Counted from the stretch's first letter, positions 53,001 through 60,947 are shown. The stretch is DNA of 64,000 bases from Vicinamibacteria bacterium (GCA_963668695.2 CAXXLQ010000001.1:80505-144504); one strand, 5' to 3'. Numbers and translations are program-made. Notes: generated from the letters alone by a model not told the origin.

Positions 53001-53198
53001 GCGGGGAAGGTCCGACTCCGACCGATCCTGATGACCACCTCGACCACCGTCCTGGGTCTTCTTCCCATGGCTATCGGCCTCGGGGAGGGCAGCGAGCTGC
53101 GGACTCCGATGGCGATCGCGGTGATCGGCGGCCTGGTCCTTTCCACCGCTCTGACCCTGCTCGTTATCCCGGCCGTCTATCGCGTCATCGGAAGGTAG
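50040..53198 (+). CDS. RND efflux permease (AcrB family)
   Basis: IRRPVT, IGLLVDNSIVVLE, ASQFES, GIVVNNAILL, RLRPILMT. Confidence 0.93.
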   Translation: MRIVDFSIRRPVTVVVLFIAIVVFGVVGFDRLSVDLLPDITYPSLNVRTEYEGAAPSEIENLITRPIENAVGVVNNVNRVVSSSRPDVSEVTLEFGWGTDMDMAALDVRERLDVVRLPLDAPRPTLLRFDPSLDPILRFGLTGSEDLVRLRLIAEQEIQRNLERVEGVAAVLVSGGLEEEIHVEIDERKVASLGLSIPAVVNRLAQENVNLTAGRLLDGGTEYLVRTINEFERPEDMRDIVVDAERTVIRLDDIATISRGAKEREVITRIDGLESIEIAVYKEGGTNTVTVADDVMARVEELQERLGRVGEDLALTLVTDQARYIRQSVSEVLQTAVFGGILAILVLILFLGELRSTAIIGISIPISVIGTFFLMYVSGVSLNIMSLGGITLGIGLLVDNSIVVLEAIKRKRHEGLGLVEASRAGTGEVGQAVIASTMTTVCVFVPIVFVEGIAGQLFGDQALTVTFSLAVSLLVALTLIPMLASREFRPAPATEAAIFRTAAGRLFGRVVSAVSRGVMWVVFGIFKGVDLVIKGILWLPSRLFQLAYNGVVRAYPPVLNGALNHPFRVGTPAIVLFAGALYVVPSLGTELVPELVQGEFFVDTELPAGTHLDLNSRRLMHLEQAAREIPGVRTVYATVGTSSQQGGAAGELRENIGQITVVLDPPVDRDREEAAIAELRPQLEADPDLLYIFGRPSYFSFRTPVELEIRGFNLTQLERTADEAVAGLRQIPGLVDVKSSTEGGNPELQIRFHRDRVASLGYNVNQLGNLIRTKVLGDVATDIQRDDRSIDIRLRSDESFRDSIEDLRNLNISDDAAATIPLSSVADVDEVIGPAEIRRADGERVATITANILGRDLGSVATDIEALMAGIGMPASFSWRLGGQQEEMETSFASMQFAILLAVFMVYLVMASQFESLLHPFVILFSVPFSLVGVIFALKLFSVTVSVVVLIGVIMLAGIVVNNAILLLDTTNRLRRGGMAKLDALREAGKVRLRPILMTTSTTVLGLLPMAIGLGEGSELRTPMAIAVIGGLVLSTALTLLVIPAVYRVIGR

Positions 53199-53342
53199 TC
53201 CCGCTCGGGGAACGCAGCTCGCGGAGCGCGGCGCGGCAGGACAGGGAACGCTGGCATCCGGCCGGCATCGCGGCGCGAGAGGACAGCGAGAGGGACGATG
53301 CTGAACCTTCGGAATGATGGCTGCCTTCCGATGATCGATATG

Positions 53343-53380
53343 TTGCAATAACTCAGCATTACCGTATATTTACGGCAATG
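53343..53380 (+). promoter_or_regulatory. Sigma70-type promoter with an overlapping inverted-repeat operator for the AbiE operon
   Basis: TTGCAA-N16-TATATT; inverted repeat CATTACCGTA-tatt-TACGGCAATG covers the -10 box and the ATG. Confidence 0.7.
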
Positions 53381-54022
53381 TCATTCGAGGAGCTTCTCCA
53401 GATCGTCGGCGACGAACCGGTGTTCGAGACCGGCCTGCTCGCGGCCGACGAGCGGCGACGGTTCAGCCTCGCCGGGCAGCTCGACCGCTGGCGGCGGAGC
53501 GGCAAAATCCTTCAACTCCGCCGGGGGCTCTACGCGCTCGCGCCCCCGTACCAAAAGGCGCATCCCGAGCCTTTCCTCGTCGCCAACCGGATCTCTCCCG
53601 GCAGCTATGTCAGCGGGGTGGCGGCGCTCGCCCACTACGGCGCAATCCCCGAGGCCGTCTTCGAGGTCACCAGTTGCGGCCCGGGCAGGCCCTGCCTCCG
53701 CGAGACCCCTCTCGGGCGTTTCTCCTTCCGGTTCCTGAAGCCTTCGCTGCGGACCGGCTATCGTCGGCTGGAGTTCGTTCGGGACCAATGGGCGTTCGTC
53801 GCCACCCCGGAAAAGGCGTTCCTGGATCTCGCCTGGTTCCACCCCGACGGCGATGACCCGGCCTGGATTGACGAACTCCGGCTGGATCTGGAGGCGTTTT
53901 CCTCCGTAGAGTTGATGCGGCTCGCGAACGCTGCCGGGAGTCCGAAACTCGGGAGAGCGGCCCGGGTGCTGGGCTCGCGGGTTGACGATCCCGCCCTGAA
54001 GTTTCGGGAATTGCGTCTGTGA
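53378..54022 (+). CDS. AbiEi-like antitoxin (type IV TA)
   Basis: ILQLRRGLY, PGSYVS..ALAHYGAIPE, ATPEKAFLD. Confidence 0.82.
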   Translation: MSFEELLQIVGDEPVFETGLLAADERRRFSLAGQLDRWRRSGKILQLRRGLYALAPPYQKAHPEPFLVANRISPGSYVSGVAALAHYGAIPEAVFEVTSCGPGRPCLRETPLGRFSFRFLKPSLRTGYRRLEFVRDQWAFVATPEKAFLDLAWFHPDGDDPAWIDELRLDLEAFSSVELMRLANAAGSPKLGRAARVLGSRVDDPALKFRELRL

Positions 54023-54822
54023 AGGACCACGCGCTCCAGCTTGCGCGCGAAGCGGGACTGGCCCACGGCCGCAACGTAATGCGCGAATACCTGCAGGCCC
54101 GCGTCCTGGAGACGTTGCAGCGCCTCGGCGCGACCGGCCCGCTCGCCTTCTGCGGCGGTACCGCCCTCCGTTTCCTCTTCCGGCTTCCGCGCTACTCCGA
54201 GGATCTCGACTTCGCGCTCGAGGGTGACCGCGATGCCTATGACATCGAGGGCTGGCAGACGGAGGTCGCTCGCCAATTCCGCCGCGAGGGCTATGAGGTC
54301 GAAGCCGCACTCCGCGACCGCGGCGCGGTCCATGCCGCCTGGCTGCGCTTCCCGGGTCTCTTGTATGAGGCGCGCCTCGCTCCGCATCCCACCCAGAAGC
54401 TGGCGATCAAGATGGAAGTGGACACGAATCCGCCAGCGGGCGCGGTCACCGAGACGCGAACGATCCGGCGGCACGTCAGCCTCCGGCTCCGTCACCACGA
54501 TCGAGCATCGCTCCTTGCGGGCAAACTGCATGCGATCCTGTGCCGCCCCTACGCGAAGGGGCGGGATGTCTACGACCTTGCCTGGTACCTGGCGGATCCG
54601 GAATGGCCCGCGCCCAACTTTGCGTTGCTCGATGCGGCGCTGCGCCGGAGTTGCGCCTCCCGGGGTCTTCAGCCGACGGCCAAAGCATGGCGCGATGACG
54701 CGGCGCGCCGTCTGGAAACCGTTGCCTGGGAACAGGTCGTGAAGGATGTGCTTCCCTTTCTGGAGGAAGGCCGGACGATCGTCACCCGCGATGAAATACT
54801 CGCGCTTCTCCGCCAGCGCTGA
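54019..54822 (+). CDS. AbiEii-like nucleotidyltransferase toxin
   Basis: FCGGTALR...RYSEDLDF, GKLHA, KGRDVYDL; GTGA coupling with the antitoxin. Confidence 0.88.
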   Translation: MKDHALQLAREAGLAHGRNVMREYLQARVLETLQRLGATGPLAFCGGTALRFLFRLPRYSEDLDFALEGDRDAYDIEGWQTEVARQFRREGYEVEAALRDRGAVHAAWLRFPGLLYEARLAPHPTQKLAIKMEVDTNPPAGAVTETRTIRRHVSLRLRHHDRASLLAGKLHAILCRPYAKGRDVYDLAWYLADPEWPAPNFALLDAALRRSCASRGLQPTAKAWRDDAARRLETVAWEQVVKDVLPFLEEGRTIVTRDEILALLRQR

Positions 54823-54910
54823 CACCCGGAGGCGCCGAACCGTTCCGGCGGCAACGCGCCGTGATAGCCGCCGAAGAGCGGCTCTCGGTCGCCCTATACT
54901 CCGCGCCCAA

Positions 54911-56308
54911 GTGACGAAACCCGGCACCCCCGAACACCCGCTGCGGGTCGCGGTCTTCGGATCCGGCCCGACCGGCTTCTACGCAACCGATCATCTCTTC
55001 AAGGCCGCTGGGGTCACCGTGGAGGTGGACCTCTACGACCGCCTGCCGACCCCCTACGGTCTGGTGCGCGGCGGGGTGGCTCCCGATCACCAGAAGATCA
55101 AGTCGGTGACCCGCGCCTACGAGCGCACCGCGCAGAACCCGCGCTTCCGCTTCTACGGGGGCGTCGAGTTCGGGAGCGACATCCGGCTGGCCGATGTCCG
55201 GCGCCACTACCACGCGGTCCTCTATTGCGTGGGGGCGCAGGTGGACCGGGCCATGCGGATTCCCGGCGAGTCCCTCGGCAGGAGCCACGCGGCGACCGAG
55301 TTCGTGGCCTGGTACAACGGTCACCCGGACTACCGGGATCGGGAGTTCGACCTTTCCCAGGAATCGGTCGCGGTCGTCGGGGTCGGCAATGTGGCAGTGG
55401 ATGTCTGCCGGGTGCTGGCCCGTTCCGTGGACGAGCTGAAAACGACCGACATCGCTGATTACGCGCTGGAGCAGCTCGCGGAGAGCCGGATTCGCGAGAT
55501 CCACATGCTCGGCCGGCGGGGTCCGGCGCAGGCTGCGTTCAGCAATCCCGAGATCAAGGAGCTCGGGGAACTCGCGGGCGCCGACATCCGGGTCTTCGAA
55601 GAAGAAGCGGCGCTTGATGCGGTGAGCCAGGAATGGGTGGATTCCGGCGCCGACAGGTCGGCCCCGAGGAAGGTCGAGATCCTCCAGCAGTACGCCGCCG
55701 AAACACGGTCCGGCAAACTGCGAACGCTGACCGTCCGGTTCCTCGTTTCCCCAGTGGAACTGATTGCCGGCGAAGATGGTGCGGTTACCCGGGTCAAGCT
55801 CGTGAAGAACGAGCTCTACCGCAACGAACGGGGCACGGTCCGCCCGCGCGCCACCGATCATTTCGAGGATCTCGCTGCCGGTCTGGTGTTCCGTTCGGTC
55901 GGCTACCGGGGGGTCGCGCTACCCGACGTGCCGTTCCGCGATGACTGGGGAGTCATCCCGCACGCGGTCGGCCGGGTGCTCGACTCCCCGGACGGGGAGC
56001 ACCAGGAAGGCCAGTACTGCGCCGGTTGGATCAAGCGCGGTCCCACCGGGGTGATCGGCACCAACAAGCCCGACGCCCTGGAGACCGTGCGGGTGCTGCT
56101 CGAGGACGTCGCGGCCGGCAAGCACTGGCACCCGGAATCCCCGTCCGCCGAGTCGGCGGAGCGCTTCGTGGCCGAGCGCGTTCCCACCTACTTCTCGTTC
56201 GCCGACTGGAAGGCGCTGGACGCCCTCGAGGTGGCGCGCGGCAAGGCCGAGGGCCGTCCGCGGGTGAAGTTCGTGAGCGTCGAGGAGATGCAGGCCGCGA
56301 TTCGCTAG
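54911..56308 (+). CDS. Ferredoxin--NADP reductase (FprA/adrenodoxin reductase type)
   Basis: GSGPTGFY, PYGLVRGGVAPDH, GVGNVAVD, GRRGPAQ, GWIKRGPTGVIGTNK. Confidence 0.92.
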   Translation: MTKPGTPEHPLRVAVFGSGPTGFYATDHLFKAAGVTVEVDLYDRLPTPYGLVRGGVAPDHQKIKSVTRAYERTAQNPRFRFYGGVEFGSDIRLADVRRHYHAVLYCVGAQVDRAMRIPGESLGRSHAATEFVAWYNGHPDYRDREFDLSQESVAVVGVGNVAVDVCRVLARSVDELKTTDIADYALEQLAESRIREIHMLGRRGPAQAAFSNPEIKELGELAGADIRVFEEEAALDAVSQEWVDSGADRSAPRKVEILQQYAAETRSGKLRTLTVRFLVSPVELIAGEDGAVTRVKLVKNELYRNERGTVRPRATDHFEDLAAGLVFRSVGYRGVALPDVPFRDDWGVIPHAVGRVLDSPDGEHQEGQYCAGWIKRGPTGVIGTNKPDALETVRVLLEDVAAGKHWHPESPSAESAERFVAERVPTYFSFADWKALDALEVARGKAEGRPRVKFVSVEEMQAAIR

Positions 56309-56389
56309 GCGCCGAGGATCCGTCCGGCAGGGACCGCCGGCCAGTTCTCCCGGTGGACTCTCCTGGAGAATGCAAGGAGGAAGGGAGGG

Positions 56390-56576
56390 TTAACAGCCTG
56401 TGGTGGAACCCGCGTGAGCGCCGAGGCCGGTGAGGCGCCCGGCTGACAAGGCGCGTGAGGGAGGAATACCGGGTGTATTTCGACCGAAACGCAACGCAGA
56501 ACGCAGCGAAGCGGAGTGGTTCAGCCGGGATGGATCGCCGGTTGAACGCCGCGTGGGTTTCGCCACAGGCTGTTAA
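56390..56576. mobile_element. MITE-like repeat nested in the IS110 right end, TTAA at both ends
   Basis: TTAA-CAGCCTGTGG...CCACAGGCTG-TTAA. Confidence 0.8.
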
Positions 56577-56577
56577 G

Positions 56578-57273
56578 TCAGGCGGCGGATTTTGGGCTCC
56601 TGGCGGCGAAGTCCGGGTCGAAGAAGGTGCGGTGTCGCGCCATCGCGCATAACACCCGGAACTGCTGGTCGGCGATGGCGCGATGCCGCCGGGCCGTCGT
56701 CTTCCCCGCGTCCTTCAGCTTCCGGCTGTATGCCTTCACGTCCTCGTCCCAGCGCAACACCCCGCGTGCCAGGAGGTAGGCGGCCTGCTGCAGCGAGTAG
56801 GGCACCGCACGCCGCATCCGGGCCGTGTCGCGCTCTCCGGACTGCACCCGGACGGGGGCCGCCCCGGAGGCCGCTCGCAACCGGCCGTGGTCCCCGGCGC
56901 ACACCGCCTCGAATCCCCAGGCGAACAGCCGCGCCAGCGCCTTGTCTCCCAACCCCTTCCGAGACCGCAGGATGGTGACCGGATCCGGAGCCGTCGCGCC
57001 CGCGCCGCCTCCCACCGCTTCCGTCTCCGACAGCGCATCCAGGAACTGCGTCATCTGCTTCTCCGCACGCGCGATCTCCGCGTTCACAACCTCCAGCAGG
57101 GCCAACGCCGTCCGAATCGTCTCCACCGCCGCGGCGGTGGCCCCGGGCGCCACCGTCAGCGCCTCCTCACGAAACAACGCAACCACCCGGTCCGCGCTGA
57201 TCCGGGTCACCCCGTAGTGCCGCAGCAGCTTCTCCCAGGTGGAGCACCGCACCTTCCGCGCCGTCGCCGGTGT
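56578..57273 (-). pseudogene. IS110 transposase, C-terminal half only (RuvC-like DEDD domain deleted)
   Basis: ILRSRKGLG...SGAAPVRVQSG...RAIAD...AM....FDP matches the IS110 C-terminal domain. There is no N-terminal GxD motif or credible start. Confidence 0.82.
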
Positions 57274-57291
57274 CGAGCGGTCCGCCTTGCC

Positions 57292-57478
57292 GCGATGGCA
57301 GTCAAGCCCTATATTGGTGCTCGATCGGCACAACTCTCCACAGGGTGTCCCATCACGGCCATCCGTCGGGGTACTGGTCCACCACAGGTGCTTGCGGCAC
57401 CGGGGCCTCTTGGTACTCCCGGCGGATCGGCCAACCGAAGTTGATGAAGTAGGAGGCGAAACCGCCTCCTACACAACG
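57292..57478 (-). ncRNA. Putative IS110 bridge RNA
   Basis: 5' hairpin 57449-57472; stem/internal loop/hairpin 57357-57432 (target loop); second loop 57292-57356 (donor loop). Loop sequences match the element's own target and donor junctions. Confidence 0.75.
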
Positions 57479-57681
57479 CCCGTGATCCTATAGGGGGCCT
57501 GAAGACCGGCACTGCCAGCCGAAGGCTGGTGAAAGGCGGAGTGCTGAACGGCGGCAAGCGCGGGGAGTGAGGGGACCGCCGACCTCCGGTCGGCATCGCG
57601 GCCCGCAGGGCCGCGAAACGCGCAGCGGTGATGGGCTTGGTCCGACCGGGCGGCTTCCCGTAGGGGCGCACCCGTCCGCCG

Positions 57682-57994
57682 GAGGAAGAACCACGAGCTG
57701 CCCCGGGTGGCGATCACGTTCGAGTGCTTGCCGATCCATCCCAGGCCAGCCCGTTCCGCGAACGCCTTCTCAAGCAGCGGTCCGTGATCCACGAGGGTCG
57801 GGATGCGCCGGCGCGCGCCCGGCGAGCGCTCGGGCAGCAGGCCGGCTTTGATGGCGCGGGCTTGGGCGAACGCCGCAAGGGCGCGGAGCTTCGAATCCAG
57901 CACCCGGTGGTAGTCCTCGCGAGAACCCGAGACGGAATCCCTCTTCCCGGATCGCGCCCCGCAGCTCTGCCCGCTGTCTCCCGTCGTCGGCCAC
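57682..57994 (-). pseudogene. queG: Epoxyqueuosine reductase remnant
   Basis: N-terminal IREEGFRLGFS is joined out of frame to EDYHRVL...VDHGPLLEKAFAERAGLGWIGKHSNVI...SWFFL, then truncated. Confidence 0.78.
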
Positions 57995-58046
57995 GGCGAC
58001 AGCCTACCGGAGCCCCCCGAGATTTCGAATCAGGGTTTGTCGAATC

Positions 58047-58638
58047 GCTAGAGCGACATGTTCGCCCGGCAGATCCGGCTACTGCGACATGTTGGCGTCC
58101 CGCTGATCCCGGTAGTGCGACATGTTCGCGCGGCAGATCCGGCTAGTGCGACATGTTCGCGTTCCGCCGACCCTGCTATTGCGACATGTTCGCGCGGCAG
58201 ATCCGGCTAGTGCGACATGTTGGCGTCCTGCCGGTCCTGCTAGGCCGACATGTTCGCCCGGCGGAACCGGCTAGTGCGACATGTTGGCGTCCCGCCGATC
58301 CCGCTAGTGCGACATGTACATCCGGCGGAACCGGCTAGTGCGACATGTTGGCGTCCCGCCGATCCCGCTAGTGCGACATGTACATCCGGCGGAACCGGCT
58401 AGTGCGACATGTTGGCGTCCCGCCGATCCCGCTAGTGCGACATGTTCGCCCGGCAGATCCGGCTAGTGCGACATGTTCGCGTTCCGCCGATCCCGCTAGT
58501 GCGACATGTTCGCCCGGCAGATCCGGCTAGTGCGACATGTTGGCGTCCCGCCGATCCCGCTAGTGCGACATGTATATCCGGCGGAACCGGCTAGTGCGAC
58601 ATGTTGGCGTCCCGCCAGTCCTGCTACTGCGACCTGAG
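58047..58638. repeat. Tandem array of 18 units alternating 31 and 33 bp (9 x 64 bp) plus a degenerate 19th core; core GCTAGTGCGACATGT
   Basis: Cores at 58047, 58078, 58111, 58142, 58175, 58206, 58239, 58270, 58303 and so on to 58590, then 58623. Confidence 0.92.
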
Positions 58639-58810
58639 TTTCGCGGCCCGGCGGGCCGCGATGCCGGTCTGGACTCCCCCACCGGGAGAACTGGCCGGCG
58701 GTCCCTGGCCGATGCGCCGCCGTCCCTGGCCGGCGGTCCCTGGTCGGCGCGTCGCCCTCCCTGACGCCGCCTGCCACCGGATAGAGTCTCGCCCCCGAGG
58801 AATCATGCCC

Positions 58811-59995
58811 ATGAACGCTGAAGTCCTTTCTTCCATCCGCGGCGAGGTGACCGCGATCCAGGACGCGGGTCTGGAGAAACGGGAACGCCTGATCGCCTCC
58901 CCTCAGGGAGCCCTGATCCGGGTCGGGGGACGTGAAGTCCTCAACTTCTGCGCCAACAACTACCTCGGTCTCGGGAACGATCCGCGGGTGCTCGCCGCCG
59001 CCCGCCGGGGGCTCGACGAGCGCGGGTTCGGGCTCAGCTCGGTCCGCTTCATCTGCGGCACCCAGGACATTCACCGCGAGTTGGAGCGGCGGATTGCCGA
59101 GTTTCTGGGCACCGAGGACACCATCCTCTACAGCTCGTGCTTTGATGCGAACGGTGGCCTCTTCGAGACCATTCTCGGTCCCGATGACGCCATCCTCAGC
59201 GACGAACTGAACCACGCCAGCATCATCGACGGCGTGCGCCTTTGCCGGGCCCAGCGCTTCCGCTACCGGAACCGCGACATGGACGACCTCGCCGCCAAAC
59301 TCGATGAGTGCTCCGGCGCGCGGCGCAAACTGATCGCGACCGACGGGGTCTTCAGCATGGACGGAACCCTGGCGCCGCTCGATGCGATCTGCGACCTCGC
59401 CGACCGTCACCAGGCGCTCGTCATGGTGGACGACTCGCACGCCACCGGCTTCATCGGAGAAACCGGGCGCGGAACGCCGGAGCGGTTCGGGGTCTCCGAG
59501 CGGGTGGACATCATCACCTCCACGCTCGGGAAGGCCCTCGGCGGAGCTGCTGGCGGGTTCACGTCGGGACGCGGCGAGATCGTCGCGCTGCTCCGCCAGC
59601 GGAGCCGCCCCTATCTCTTCTCGAACACCCTGGCCCCGGCCATCGTCTCGGCTGCGATCGAGGTCGTTTCGCTCCTTTCGGCCACCGAAGAGCCCAGACA
59701 GCGGCTCCGTCGGAACACCCGGCGGTTTCGCGAAGCCATGACGGCCGCCGGGTTCACAATTCCGGCGGGCGAGCACCCCATCGTCCCCGTCATGCTCGGC
59801 GACGCCCGTCTCGCGAGCGGCATGGCGGACGATCTGCTCGAACGCGGGATCTACGTCATCGGGTTCAGCTTTCCCGTGGTCGCGCGCGGAAAGGCCCGGA
59901 TCCGGGTGCAGTTGTCTGCCGCCCATGACGACGAGCAGGTGGACCGGGCGGTCGCCGCGTTTGCGGAATGCGGCCGGGCCCGCGGCATCATCTGA
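58811..59995 (+). CDS. kbl: Glycine C-acetyltransferase (2-amino-3-ketobutyrate CoA ligase)
   Basis: [49 protein letters not shown]. Confidence 0.95.
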   Translation: MNAEVLSSIRGEVTAIQDAGLEKRERLIASPQGALIRVGGREVLNFCANNYLGLGNDPRVLAAARRGLDERGFGLSSVRFICGTQDIHRELERRIAEFLGTEDTILYSSCFDANGGLFETILGPDDAILSDELNHASIIDGVRLCRAQRFRYRNRDMDDLAAKLDECSGARRKLIATDGVFSMDGTLAPLDAICDLADRHQALVMVDDSHATGFIGETGRGTPERFGVSERVDIITSTLGKALGGAAGGFTSGRGEIVALLRQRSRPYLFSNTLAPAIVSAAIEVVSLLSATEEPRQRLRRNTRRFREAMTAAGFTIPAGEHPIVPVMLGDARLASGMADDLLERGIYVIGFSFPVVARGKARIRVQLSAAHDDEQVDRAVAAFAECGRARGII

Positions 59996-60017
59996 GCGGC
60001 TGCGTCGGGAAGGGGGG

Positions 60018-60248
60018 ATGAGCCAGCCGCGCGAACCGGTCGTGTCTGCGGGCCATCTCGCCGGGCTCTGCGAGACCTGCTGCCACGCCCGGATCGTGGC
60101 GTCGCGCCGCACCCGTTTCACCCTTTGCGAGCGTTCGTTCTCGGACGCGCGCTATCCCCGCTACCCGCGCCTGCCGGTCCTGACCTGTTCTGGTTTCGTC
60201 GGTGCGTCCGGACGCGAGGGTCCCGAAACAGCCGGTTGTGAAACCTAG
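60018..60248 (+). CDS. Small Cys-rich hypothetical protein
   Basis: G-rich RBS; GLCETCCH...FTLCERS..D.RYPRYPRLPVLTCSGF. Confidence 0.65.
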   Translation: MSQPREPVVSAGHLAGLCETCCHARIVASRRTRFTLCERSFSDARYPRYPRLPVLTCSGFVGASGREGPETAGCET

Positions 60249-60785
60249 GCGGCGTTCGGCCGGCGATCCATCCCGGCGAAACAGCCTGTAATGAAACCCG
60301 CGCGGCGTTCGGCCGGCGATCCATCCCGGCGAAACAGCCTGTAATGAAACTCGCGCGGCGTTCGACCGGCGATCCATCCCGGCGAAACAGCCTGTAATGA
60401 AACTCGCGCGGCGTTCGACCGGCGATCCATCCCGGCGAAACAGCTGAAACTCGCGCGGCGTTCGACCGGCGATCCATCCCGGCTGAACCGCGCGTCGCGT
60501 CGCTCAGCGTTGCGTTGCGTTTCGGTCGAAATACACTCGGTATTCCTCCCTCACGCGCCTTGTCAGCCGGACCCCCACCGGGAGAACTGGGCCTCGCCGG
60601 CCTCGGCGCTCACGCGGGTTCCACCACCGGCTGTTGACCGCGTCGCTGCGTGCCGCTCATCGTTGCGTTTCGGTCGAAATACACCCGGTATTCCTTCCTC
60701 ACGCGCCTTGTCAGCCGGACCCCCACCGGGAGAACTGGGCCTCGCCGGCCTCGGCGCTCACCCGGGTTCCACCACCGGCTGTTAG
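60227..60785. mobile_element. MITE-like modular repeat with tandem 53-bp units
   Basis: Unit GCGGCGTTCG(G/A)CCGGCGATCCATCCCGGCGAAACAGCCTGTAATGAAAC(C/T)CGC repeated 4-5 times; ends CCACCGGCTGTTAG. Confidence 0.8.
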
Positions 60786-60947
60786 CGCCTGGCCGTTAGC
60801 CCCCGCCACCCGGCTGGAGTGCCCCAGCGAGCGGAGCCGGCGCGCCGGGGCGAGCCCGCCGGTCCTTGTTCCCTCGGTTCTGTGTGCTTTGTCAGGAGAA
60901 TCGGCTATACTACACATCAGATTTAATGAGTATGGAGTAGATAGATC

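Larger units (their letters stand above)
56355..57494 (-). mobile_element. IS110-family element (internally deleted) with a CC core at both ends, inserted in the CCCCCACCGGGAGAACTGG motif
   Basis: Minus-strand junctions read AGGCCC-CC|TATAGG on the left and GGAGAGT-CC|ACCGGGAGAACTGG on the right. The rejoined flanks restore a REP carrying the motif, like the one at 58658-58705. Confidence 0.85.

Noticed and set aside
57378-57388. 11-nt identity between the bridge RNA loop (CCTGTGGTGGA) and the MITE terminus
   Set aside because: It overlaps the hairpin stem and the right target guide already explained by CCACC, and the actual insertion site is not a MITE end. Probably chance.
58047-58638. CRISPR array
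   Set aside because: The core is only about 15 bp, the intervening segments are 15-18 bp and recur in two alternating types rather than being unique, and there are no cas genes in the window.
60860-60947. CIRCE or HAIR heat-shock operator before clpB
   Set aside because: The region is AT-rich with a TATACT box, but no matching inverted repeat is present.
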